From NCBI RefSeq assembly GCF_009914755.1, contig NC_060931.1: a stretch of DNA of 64,000 bases; one strand, given 5' to 3'. The translations under genes and the position numbers were made by a program. The DNA is from the human T2T-CHM13v2.0 reference genome, Homo sapiens. The notes below the pieces were generated by a model. That model saw nothing but the letters and a program-made list of their open reading frames with translations, made no database searches and had not been told where the DNA came from. Position 1 is the stretch's first letter, and the number at the start of each line of letters is the position of its first letter. Below are positions 11,773 through 24,153 of the stretch, piece after piece.

Positions 11773-14307
11773 GAATTGCTGTAATTGAAGTGACAAGTTG
11801 GAGGTGAAAAGTTTAGCGGCTAAAAAAAAAAAAAAGGAAATGGAAAATTCACCTTGAGGGTAAATATGATTTTATAAAGTTTTTGTTTTTTTAGAATGAG
11901 AGAGGGTTGAATATATTTATAGGGCATGGGAAAGAGTCAGTGAAGGGAGATGTGAGATGGGAAGTGTGAAGATGAAGAGAAGAGAGTGGAAGGACAGGAT
12001 ATGGGAGACAAGTAGAAGGTCTCATTCTCATCCTGAAATGGGCAAAGACATGTTTTTTGTTTTTTGTGTTTTTTCCTCAGATAGTTGATAATAAAAGCAT
12101 GAGTAAACACTGAGAGAGAGGTTGAGGTAGTGGGTAGGGAATTTGAAAGTAGGCTTTTTTGGAGACCTTCCCTAAGAGTAACTTGTGTTGGGGTTGCCTG
12201 CTGAGGGGTAACACAGTACTTCCTTTTGAAGATTAAGAGACAAGTGGGCCAATGTTATGGAGAGCTAGTTTGCTATGTTAGACTTACAGTTCAGATGAAG
12301 ACTGATGTTTGTTACTGTCTTCCCAATTTCAGACAACTGTATTTGCTAAAAGCAGGATTTTTCCTAAGGAAGGTATTCACTTCACAGCTGGGTGGTACCA
12401 TTTTAGAGAGAAAGATGGTATTGGAAAAGGCAATGTTATTTTTTAAGATTCCTCTAATATTTGTAATTATAAGCTATCATGATAATATTTGGAATAGTTC
12501 TTTTGTATAACTTGACAATATGTCAATAGTATAAGTTAATAAATACTAAAATTTCCTAAAATGCTTTTGAAACACATTTGGCCAGATTATACTTTAGTGG
12601 AAGGATACATGAAAAGTGCTGCTAATATTTTTTATGTGGTTTCTATCTGGGTCCTTAGCTATGGTAGAAAGAAGGAAATCAGTACGATCAATCTCAGTAC
12701 TGACATGTTTTTGTAGGAGTTAGAGTGAATTGTTTTGAACCAAATATTTGGTACTTTCAGGTTATATTTCCCTGCTGAGTACATATAGGTACTCAGGTCC
12801 TGTATGATGGAATAGGATTGTATTTTTGTGCTTTTTCCATCTATTGGATTACAGCTTTCCAAGTCAATAAAACTCAGTGCTGCCATTTCTAGGCCCTTTT
12901 CATTTCCATCCTTAACTTTAATTGTAGATTGAACTTTTCCCCCCCCATCAAATACGTTTTGGACAAAAGCAAATCTGGCAGGGCAAAAGTAGGGAGTGAA
13001 GAATAATCTTTGGGGTATATTTTCTTGTTTATGATCTTGGAAAAGTCACTTCCCTCAGGCTTTCTTATCTGTAAAAGAAAGGAACGAGTCTCCGCGATCT
13101 CAAATTTTACTGTGAGTTCTACAATTGTGTGCCTCTGTTCCACTTACCCACATAGTTACCCCTGCTAATGTTAGTTCTGTTCCACTTTTGCCCAGCAGCA
13201 TTGGATAAGAATCGAACACGGAAGTTACTGAGCAATGATGTCAGACCAAAGTGTCTCTGCAGCTCAGAAAGCAAAGAAGACATATAGAGCCAGGGCTGAA
13301 GAGGCCGCCTGGGGCACATCAACAGTGTAATGTCAGTAGCACTCTACTCAATGCTTTTTTGCTTGCACAGGAAAGAAACCCTTTCAAGCTAGCTCCCATA
13401 AAGGATGGTTATTTAAAGAGTACCTGAAAACCTTAGAGAACCCTGGGGAAATATTTATAGCCAGGCTTCTTGGAGACTCTGGGAACAGGAAAGTCAGGAA
13501 CCCTGTCTTTCAGGAACTGCTGTATCTCAGTCGGCTTCCTCATTTCATGGTTTCTCTCTGCGTAGCTGCTTTATTTCCTCTTCAGGCTTACTCCTCTGCT
13601 GCTCCCTGGCTGGCTTTCTCTACTTAGTCATACTGAATATGGCTAACTATGTCTCCCAAGGGCCTCCCCAGCCCTGACTCCACATGACTTTTCAGGTCCC
13701 AGAGCTACCCTCTGACTTCATCTCTTACAGTCTTTTAGCATAAATTCTCAAGAGTTAGCAGCTGATTCGTTGCTAACCAGCCAATGGCTTGGTTAGCCTT
13801 GGGTGAAGTAGTTTTCCCCAGTCAAGTCAGCTTTGAGGAAGGGAGGTGAAGGGAAAAAGAAGTGGATGTCATCTGCTACGTACTGAGTGACCACACTTTC
13901 GAGAGTAAAAGGAGCACTATTATAACAGGAACAGATGTAAATCCAAACAGACACAGGACAACTGGACCAACAGAGCTATGAACCACTGCCTGTTCTAGGA
14001 TTATGAGTGGCATAGATTTTCTAGAAGAAGTGGGAGAAAGGACAAGCAATGAGACCTGTCTAATAAACTCTTTAGTCTTCCAAACACACAAATATCTTTT
14101 CCTTCATAAATATACTTCCAGTTACGGCCTGTCACACATACAATTACAAAAATGCTCACCCTAAACCTGGTAGGAAGAGGACAACCACAGCCAGTTCCTG
14201 TGTATTAGGGCCTTCTATCACCAGGTGATATCTATTCCTCCTCTTGTCCTCTCCTCCTCTCCAGTCTTCACCAGTATGCAGACTGTGGAATAAATGAGTG
14301 ACTCTTA

Positions 14308-14487
14308 CAGTGGGATTTCGACCAGCATCATCAGCATCACCAGGGAACTCATGAAAAATGCAAATTCTCAGGCCCCTCCTCAGATCTATGGAATCAGGAA
14401 TTCTGGGATGGTGCTCAGCAATCTGTGATTTAACAACAAGCCTCTCAGATGATTCTGATCTGTGCAAAAGTCTGAGATCTGCTGGAG
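14308..14487. mobile_element. MER5A hAT-Charlie MITE
   Basis: cagcatcaccagggaac...aaatgcaaattctcaggccc...gatgattctgat. Confidence 0.75.
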
Positions 14488-15699
14488 TAAACTCTAAATT
14501 TAACCACTACTAACACACTGAAAACAGAAATAGAAGCATTTTGCCTAACAGAAACAACTTTCCCTTCAAGTTTTATGTGATTTTCTCAAAACTTTAAGAG
14601 AGGCAACCTATATTTTGTAGCTGAGAGAGAGAGAGAGGAGAGAGAGAGAGGGAAAGAAAAGGGCAGTAAAAACACATCATGTACACTTAAAAAGAACAGA
14701 GTCAAGTCAATTTCAATTTTTTTTCCTGGTTCCACTCATGAAATTTGGTGTGTCCTGACCTTAAGTTTCCTTCTGAGAAATTCTCATCTTTTTCTCGTAT
14801 TTTGAATAAATCAAGATTCCTTGCAAACAACTGGGCGCGAAATAAGACAACATCCAATAATCAATAGTATAAAAAGGAAGTGGGGGTTGGAGAAGAGACC
14901 TCCTATATTAAGCAGGCATAAACAGCCTTCAGGGAAGAAGTTCAGTTTCACAATGGCCTTTTCAATTGGCACTAAGAGGCCAGGGGCTGTAAGTTACATG
15001 ATGAGTTAGATCAGTGAGTGCCATGGGTATCAGCATGCCATCTCACTCTCTTGAAGTAAATGAAGTTCCTTGGGTATTGCCTAGCAGGAAAATTTCAATC
15101 ATTTTCACTACTTTTTAGGGCTGCCCTGAGATAGATAACAGGGAGAATACCCTCATGGAGCTGGGTACCCTCTGGAGCACTATATTTTTTATCAGTCATG
15201 AATGGCCAGACACCCTGTTGAGCTGATTTGAGTCAGGCACAGTTTCCTGTTTGCAAGCTGCAATTTTCTTTCCTGGCAATACAACTTACATAAAAATTTA
15301 GTGAGCTGCTGCTAAATCTCATTTGGAAGTGTTTCACTCTTTAAAAACAACACTGGACGTATTGCTGAAATTGTGGCTTAGCAGAATCTACACACTTATC
15401 CAGTTTGCTTTCATATCGGCCCCAGGTTCAGCGACTTGATGGGGTGGAGCAGACTACCTTTACTTCCCAATCTATCTTTGCACAGAACCTCTGAATGCAT
15501 GACACATTTCAAACCAGCTGCCTGGGACCATCTTGTGATTAGAAGGTAGGACTGAGTATACATCCTGTAAGTGTTTCAGGAAATCAGCATACCTAAACTC
15601 TGCCCTATAAAGTGTCACTATTACAATTGTCATGATTTTGGCTTTTCTAGGGTCTTGTCCTGCAGAGGACAGAATACAGTTAAGGCACATGATTCCCTC

Positions 15700-15805
15700 A
15701 TTTGGACTGAGTCCAGTCTTTGGCTATTACATAATGCTACCATAACTATTCTTGGACACATCCTTTGGTGCATGTTTCATGGGGCTATCTACATCTATAT
15801 ATATA

Positions 15806-15859
<54 letters not shown>

Positions 15860-15965
15860 TATATATATAGATGTAGATAGCCCCAACAAAATTGCACCAA
15901 AGGATGTGTTCAAGAATAGTTATGGTAGCATTATGTAATAGCCAAAGACTGGACTCAGTCCAAAT
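15700..15965. repeat. 266-bp spacer-less inverted repeat centred on (GT)8(AT)10(AC)8
   Basis: Arms are reverse complements with 5 mismatches in 133 pairs; 15780-15885 is a perfect 106-bp palindrome. Confidence 0.97.
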
Positions 15966-16365
15966 ATATATATATATATATGCATACACACACATACACA
16001 CACATATATATATAATTGCTATATCAAGCACATGTACAAATGCTTTGTAGACTCTTCAAAATACTAAAATGGCTTAACAAATGTTTTCTTCCTCCTGCAA
16101 TAAATGAGAATCACAGTTGTTCCTCAGCCTAACCAACATTCAGAATTGTCAGTTTCTGTGTGTGTGTTTTAATTTTAGCCACTCTGGTGGTTGTTTAGTA
16201 GTATTTCATTGTGCTTTTATTTTATTTTTACCAGATAGCTAATGATGTTTAGCACATTTTTATGTTTATTGGACATTTGGCTAATCTTTAGTAAAGAACC
16301 TGTTGAAGTTTTTTGTTCACTTTCTATTAAGCTGCCTGTTTTTTTTGTTATTGATTTCTTTTAAC

Positions 16366-16674
16366 TTATTATTATTATTATTATTGTTATTTTGAGATGG
16401 AGTCTCACTTTGTTGTCCAGGCTGGAGTGCAGTGGCATGATCTCGGCTCGCTGCAACCTCCGCTTCCTGGATTCAAGTGATTCTTCTGCCTCAGCCACCC
16501 AGGTAGCTGGGATTACAGGCATGAGTCACCATGCCTGGCTAATTTTCGTATTTTTAGTAGAGATAGGGTTTCACCATGTTGGCCAGGTTCGTCTCAAACT
16601 CCTGACCTCAAGTGATCTGTTTGCCTCAGCCTCCCAAAGTGCTGGGATTACAGGTGTAAGCCACCACATCCACC
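16366..16674 (-). mobile_element. Alu (AluSx-like) with (TTA)n tail
   Basis: Full dimer consensus. Confidence 0.95.
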
Positions 16675-17135
16675 CTCTTACTGATTTCTTATTGATTGCA
16701 GGGGTTCTTTATTTATTCTGGATAACCCAATTTACCTTCAGTCCAATTTATCAATAACATTTGTTTATTCTTTTATTCTTTATTTTTAGTGACTTAAGAT
16801 ATCTTTGTGTATCCTAAAGATATGAGGATATTCTCTTATGTATACCTTAGGTAATTTTTGTTTTATCTTTCACATTCCCAATCCATCTGGAATTGATTTT
16901 TGTAAATGGTATGAGGTAGAGTCAAGATTCTTTTTTCTCCATATGCATACTATTGGGCAATTAACCCAGAAACATTTATTTAAAAGACTTTTTTTTTTGC
17001 TGTATTCTGTATTGTGATCTTTATGATAAATTAATGTTTATTATTGTGCCAGTATATTTCTAAATTCTATATTTTGTTCTTTTGACCTATTAGTTCTTCC
17101 TTATGCCAATACTACTTATGTAATTACTGTAGCTT

Positions 17136-17418
17136 ATTTATTTATTTATTTATTTAAGACAGGGTCTTGCTCTGTTGCCTGGGCTGGAGTGCGGTACCAC
17201 GATCGTAGCTCACCACAGCCTCAACCTCCTGGGCTCAGGTAGTCCTCCAGCCTTAGCCTCCCACGTGCCACCACACAAGGCTAATTTTTGTATTTATTGT
17301 AGAGATGGGGATTTTGCCATGTTTCCCATGCTGGTCTTGAACTCCTGGGCTCAAGCAATCTTCTCACCTGGGCTTCCCAAAATTCTGGGATTATAGGCAT
17401 GAGCCACTGCACCTGGCC
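17136..17418 (-). mobile_element. Alu (AluJ-like)
   Basis: AluJ-type gggctcaag segments; TSD tgtagctt. Confidence 0.93.
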
Positions 17419-19589
17419 TGTAGCTTTATATTAATTATTGACTGTTAGTATAAGTCCTCCAATATTTTTCTTAGCTATTCCATGCCTATGAATTTTCATA
17501 TTAATTTTAGAACCAGCTTGCCTAATTCCATAAACAACGAGAAACTTTTGATTGGGATTATATTAAATCTATAGATCAATTTGGAATGAATTACCATCTT
17601 TACACTATTGAGTATTTCCATATGTGACCTTAGCATGTACCTCCATTTATTTTACAGTCACTTTCTGAACTGGGGAATCCCAGAATATAGGAAAGCAAAA
17701 GGCAGAGCCTGATGTTTAAGACACCAAACATGGGACCCGGAAAAGTCAAGACCTGAGGGTGCACTCTGACACTTACGGGCTATTGAACCCTCTTTCCCCT
17801 TTTCCTTCTCTACTCTTCTCATTCTCCGTTATCCCATCCTTTTTATTTATCACAGGAAAGACTGTCTTTGAATGGCTCATCTTCTTTGTAGGCATTATGG
17901 CTGCACAGGTGCCACGTGGTTTTTCAGCTCAATTACCTATTCCCAGCTAATGTCAGTTTCTAACTCTTAGTTCAAATATTTGATAGAGAAAATCCAATTG
18001 ATTATTAAGTGGCCAATGGATTATTTGTTTCAGGTTAGGTCTTGTGCTAGGTGGGTGGTAGGATGGGACACATGAGAAGGACAAGCTCTCTGGAAGGAGA
18101 GGAGGCCAGAAAGGCAAACAGTCTAGGGACCATTGTCAGCCAGTCAGACTGGGATAGAGGAAGAAACTCACATTTAAAAGTTTATTTTCAGACTCAGTCT
18201 TTGAACCTTGTGCAATTCTAATAACGATGTTTGATACTTATTCTTTAGCAACTGTTTAGCTCACTTAGCAATATGTAGCTAATCCAAGTAGATATTGATA
18301 GTATGAAAGATATTGATATTAAGTAGTAAGACGATCTCTGTTAGAAGTTGTTCTCTACTTACTCCTCTAGCTGTTTTGCACTTCAGTTTTCAAACCTGTA
18401 GAATGGGAATAAAATTATTTGGGAGGAATATATGAAATCATACCTATAAAATCCTTAACACAGTGTCTGGGATATAGTCGCACTAAAATAAAGAGTCTGC
18501 TTTATTGCTGCATTTCAAATGGTTGGTTCCAGACCTTGGTTCTTTGGTCTGGTTCCTTGGACAATCCTCTGCCTTCAGGTTTCTGTCTGATGGTTTCTGC
18601 CATTGCTACTCATTGCCTGCACTTGGTTAATATCCTAACTTTTACCACTTCTCAGCAATTTGACATGAAGCAAATGCTTTGGCAAACAAACTGAAACTAT
18701 TACTCCATTCTGCTATAAAACCACTGTTTATGCTCCTGTGGGATCTGGTTTCTATTTTATTTGCAAATTTTGTTGCTGCACTTTTTAGAGAATGTAATAA
18801 AACCAGAAAAGGCAAAAAGAATGCACACTTGAGGTCAACAATGGCAAAGTAACAGTGGGCTGCTGGACCGCCCAGTCTGACTCTGGGTAACGTTAGGTTC
18901 CAGTGGTTCTAACTGGGTTTCCAATTTCCAGTCTTGAACATGGGTTTTTCTTGTCTGACTTTCCCCAAGTCTTATTTCTTTCTCAATTTAGCCCTGTTTC
19001 TATCCTCAGTCAAGCGATCATGCTACACTCTTTCGTTCTTTATGGCACAAGGCTCCTCTGTTGGCTTTGAAGAAGCACAGCTCCCTGATTTGGGGCCAAG
19101 CAGAAATCTGTTTATTCTATACACTCTGTGTAGTCTCTCTCTCTCCCTGCTTCCCCTGGATTCTTTTCCCCTTAGTCTCTCAGATATACCAGTTCTTTTC
19201 TCTATTATGCATATTTCTCTAGCTTTTCCAAATACCTGTATTTTAAGTATTCTTTTTAATGTGCAGCTCTCTATTAGTTGGAAAAAAATTAATATTTGTG
19301 GAAAATTTGCACTATCCTAAAGTTAAGGATCATAGATATGTTATTACCAGAAGTGATCTTAGTAGTAATCTGATCCAACTCTCTTATTTTTCAGATACAA
19401 ATACTGAGATTGGAAGGTTAGCCCATTTGGTGACCATAAAATATCAATGGATAAATACCATCCATTTCTCACTTAGCAATCCTGGGAGGTATTTAGTTCA
19501 GTAGGGTGTACTTTCTCCACACAATCATTGAAGATCCAGACTGATGATGACTATGTCATCCTAAAAATATCAATTTTATTATCAGCCTG

Positions 19590-19627
19590 TGTATTAGTCA
19601 GGGTTCTCTAGAGGGACAGGACTGATA

Positions 19628-19680
<53 letters not shown>

Positions 19681-20257
19681 TATATGTGTGTATATATATG
19701 TGTATATATGTGTATATATATACACATATATACACATATATAAAGTATATTTATTAAGTTATTAAGTATTAAGTTATTAAGTATTAACTTAAGTATTATT
19801 AATACTTAATACTTATTAAGTATTAACTTAAGTATTATTAATACTTAATACTTATTAAGTATGTATTAATAATACTTAATACTTATTAAGTATTAACTTA
19901 CATGATCACAAGGTCCTACAATAGGCTGTCTGCAAGCTGAGAAGCAAAGAGAGCCAGTCCTAGTTATCAAAATTGAAGAACCTGGAGTCTGATATTCGAG
20001 GTCAGGAAGCATCCAGCACGGGAGAAAGATGTAGGCTGGGAGGCTAGGCCAGTCTCTCCTTTTCACGTTTTCCTGCCTGCTTTATATTTGCTGGCAGCTG
20101 ATTAGACGGTGCCCGCCAGATTAGGGGTGGGTCTGCTTTCCCCAGCCCACTGACTCAAATGTTAATCTCCTTTGGCAACACCCTCACAGACACACCCAGG
20201 ATCAGTATTTTGCATCCTTCAGTCCAATCAAGTTGACAAACAGTATTAACCATCACA
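19590..20257 (-). mobile_element. ERVL solo LTR (MLT2A-like) with an expanded internal AT-rich tract
   Basis: tgtattagtcagggttctctagaggg...aaccatcaca; 5-bp TSD GCCTG at 19585-19589 and 20258-20262. Confidence 0.9.
19630..19900. repeat. (TA)n/(TG)n microsatellite followed by a TTATTAAGTATTAACTTA direct/inverted mosaic
   Basis: Visible directly in the sequence. Confidence 0.9.
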
Positions 20258-23042
20258 GCCTGATAGTTACCACTGCAGTTATCTTGAAAAAGAAAAAGAG
20301 CTAAGAGTAGCACAATGGGCATATTTTCTGGTTGAAAGTGGCCCATATCATTTCTCACATTGCAGCTGGGAGAACATAGTCACATGGTCTACTTAGCTAA
20401 CTTCAAGGGTGGCAGTATGGCCACAAAATAGTTAAACATATTTGAGGGGACGGTTAGTGGTTTCACCGCTAATCTATCATAGGTCACTTAGTTAAAATGG
20501 GAAGGTCTTTCCTACAACATACATGCTCATATATAAATGAATTTGGACATTTAAAAATGTACATTTCAGGTACAAAAGAAGTATTCTTATTAAATATGCA
20601 TGGGAAAGATAGAAGACAGAGGGTGGAGAGTGTTTAGCATTTCCATGGATATAATAACTACCATTTTTTCTGTGCCCATCTAGAGGTCAGTGTTCTCTTT
20701 TTATCATTACAGAAACTCATAGGGATTGCTGTCATCATCCCTACTTCTATAGGGAAGGAAACTGAGGCTCAAACAACCTAAGCTCCTTCCTTAAAAAATT
20801 GAAAGTAATATATTTATTAATTTTTAGAGCAAAGATTTTCATTCAAGGATGTTGGTTATCATGTCTATGCACAATTCACTGGACTGTGTTGCCTTTAATT
20901 TAACAAAAGGGCAAATGAGCCATGAGACCCTGTGAGCTAAGAATGAGCACCACATTTTTCTTATCTTATTTTATATGATTATATCATTGAACTTGATGTT
21001 CTTATATATGTATTTAATATATATCACAATCAATCCAAATACATCCTGTAGGAATATATCATAAGCAAAATCACTGACAAACATTTGAGATGGAGAAATA
21101 TAAATACCTCTCAAAATGTCACCAGTTAGACAAAGTATAAAATAATAAAACACATGTGTATTTATATTTTCATATAAAATATAGATGTTACTGATTAAAA
21201 CATATTTATTGACCCTTTTCTCAGCTGCTGCTAAGGTTCTTGATCCTTACAGAGAACTTGGCATTGTGTAGAGGAGGGGACCTCACTTCATGCCTGATGG
21301 CCACAGGCTCCTCATTCACCTGCAATAAGACCAACTCCAATCTCACTCCTGGGCTCATTCTTTCTGATTATGAGGTGATCGTCACAGAAAATAAAATGGA
21401 CACCCTCAATAAACAACTGGTATAGGCATTGGAACTTTCTGGCGAGACTTGTTTGCAAGCCTTCCCAATTCCTACTTTCTACCTCTGCATGGCTGAGGTA
21501 ATAATTAGTTTTATTTAATTGTTTTTTGCACTTATTGTTCCCCTTTACTCCAACTTTCTCAGTTTTTGTTTTATCCTTTAGTGTTTGCATGTATGTCATA
21601 TAAAGCATCTCAAATTATTTGAAGAATACAGCAGAAAGTGAAGGATGTAAGAAAGAGAGGAGGAGGATGGAGCAATTGAAAGAGGACAAAAGGAGGAATG
21701 TGTGGGGAGAAGAGAAGAAAGGAGGAAGAATAGCAATTGTCTGTACTAGAGATTTATTTTGTGCCATTTTTTGTTCTATGAACTTCCACTTACTTGTCAC
21801 TAATTTTCCTCCTCTAGATGTGTAAATCTTATGTCAACCATTTAAACACACCCAGAAATATACTGATTTCCTTTCTTGAGAGATATTTCTTTCAGAGGCT
21901 TTTTAATAGCAGACGTCCTGGGAATTCTCTTTATCTCTTGGAAGGGATCAGCCATTTTCTGTGTCCTGTGTCTTCCTCTTTCTTGGCGTACTCCCTCAAT
22001 TTGGTAGAAAACATCCTCCAAAATATCTCTGAGAAAGGGCCAATGGGTAGAAAAAGTTTTGAAACTACATATGTGGAAATGTCTTTATTCTATTCTCATG
22101 TGTAATTGGTAATTTGGCAGAGTACTAAATTGTAGGGTAGAAATACATTCCAGGTGAAAATGTGAAGATAATTCTCCACTCTTGTCACAGGACAGAAGCA
22201 CTACTCCAGATATTGCTGTAGAGTGTGGTTTGTTTGATAGAAAAAGATGCAAAGATGGTAACCAGAATCTCATGTGTCTCAGGATCCCCATGAGAGTCTC
22301 CTTTCCAGCTGAAGCTTCCTTAAGCATTTTCCAAGAAAGGGAGTATTGCCAACATATCCCTAAAGAGACCCACCAAATTTATATCACCCAGCAGGTGCCA
22401 GTATAATAATACACATGAAGCCATATTTCCTAATTAGTCATATCAAAATGATTCGGTTCCAAGCAAGCATCGCAAACTTTTACTATTTGATGCTCTTTTT
22501 ATTGCACAGTTGCACACCTGCACAGAAGCATCATTTTATTTTCTTAGATCCTAAAGGAAACCAGCCCTCTTTACTGCTAGTGAACTCACTGGGCCTTCTT
22601 ACTCCCTCTACACTGCTGGCTAGTCACTAAAAATCCTGTCCCTCTTATTCCATGTTGCACAACAATGCTGCATTTTTTCAGCCTTGCTTATAGTTATGAT
22701 TGCTCTGGTATTAATGCAGTTTTAGTAAAAGTGACGTGTTTTCTTCTTGATCAAAGGCTTTAAGAAAATAATACGTTTCCTACATACTTCCCCCCACCAT
22801 TTTTCCAGCTGAATGTGGTGATAATGACATTCTAGAGAACAGAAACCCCCAATATAAGAAAGTTCCTTAGTCCCTGATGTACTAAATAAAAACTGCCCAT
22901 TAACTAGAAACTTTGGATTTTTACCTGAACAAGAAATAAACTAATATGTTTGAGCTATTTTATAGTTTGATTCTATTTTACACAACACCTAATGCCATCC
23001 TAATACAGAATGCATTATGATTATTGATGCTTTGTCAGAAAT

Positions 23043-23168
23043 CTTCCTTCCTTCCTTCCTTTCTTTTTTCCTTCCATCCTTCCTCCCTCCCTCTCTTCTT
23101 CTCCCTTTCTCTCTTCTCCTTCCTTCATTCCTTTCTTTCTTTTTCCTCTCTCTCAGTTTCTTTCTTCC
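23043..23168. repeat. (CCTT)n-like polypyrimidine low-complexity tract
   Basis: ~125 bp of almost pure C/T. Confidence 0.9.
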
Positions 23169-23752
23169 TACCCCTGTTTCTCCTAGACTTTTTAGAATCC
23201 TCTCGTGGTCACCAGTATTCTGATATTTCAGCATGGTGTATCTTGTTAGGTTTCAATCTTTATGCAGAGAATTCAGTGGATTTTTTTCAATCTGAAATTT
23301 TAAAAACTTCATTTCTAGAAAACTATATTTAATTCCTAATTTATCTCCTTCATTTTTCTTTCTTGTAGAAATCCCAGTCAACTTCCTGAACTGGTTCTCT
23401 AATTTTCTTACGTGTTTTTCTTTTAATGTTTTTTTCCTCCACCTCCTAAGATTTTCTTCACTTATGAGATCCTAATGATCCCATAATCCTTTTTACTCAA
23501 ATTCGTTCCAGTGGCTTCTATGTTTTGGCAATCACGAGAGCATAATTAAGAGAGTCATTCTTAAAGGACAGCTGTAGCATTGCAGATATATGCCTGGGAA
23601 TACTTGTTTTTTGTTTTGTTGTTTGTTTGCTTTTTTGTCCTGTTTCACGTGGAAAAAGCAATGCTCTCTCTGGGAATAGACCTTCCTTTTCTCTGCCTTT
23701 CCATTGGCAAGTCATTGGCTGTTGCTTTATTGCCAGTGACTTCAGCATGATC

Positions 23753-24153
23753 TGTATCAGTCAGGGTAAGCTAGATTACACTACAGTAATAAACAAACTA
23801 AAAACTTTCAGGGCTTAAAACAATACAGCTTTATTTCTCACTCCTGATGCATGTCCACGACAGTTCGGTAATGAAACTTTGCTTCTTGTGGTCAGTCAAG
23901 GAACTCAGCTGCAAGAGTGGCCACTATCTTACTTGTTTCTGGTTAATGTGACAAAGGAACAAAAAATTTTTTGCGGTCTGGCATTGGTACTTAAGTGCAC
24001 AGGCCCAGGGGAGCCACACCACACACTGTTCACAACTCTCTGGCTCAAATGAATCACACAGCCCCATTCAAACACAAGGGAGCAAAGACGTGTCAATCTA
24101 CTCAGCACCCAGGAGGGCAAAACAGGAAACAGTAAACAGTCTAATGACTACAA
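23753..24153 (-). mobile_element. Old MaLR LTR (MLT1J/K-like)
   Basis: tgtatcagtcagggtaagctag...tttatttctcactc...ctaatgactaca. Confidence 0.6.

Larger units (their letters stand above)
16015..17655 (-). mobile_element. Old L1M fragment (with Alu insertions)
   Basis: Antisense L1 ORF2/3' phrases (tttaattttagccactctggtgg; attgggattatattaaatctatagatcaatttgg). Confidence 0.75.

Noticed and set aside
15571-16031. Two near-identical opposite-strand ORFs (WTESSLWLLHNATITIL)
   Set aside because: A by-product of the DNA palindrome; no evidence of coding.
22989-23332. K/R/E-rich and F/L/S-rich ORFs
   Set aside because: Translations of the (CCTT)n low-complexity tract.
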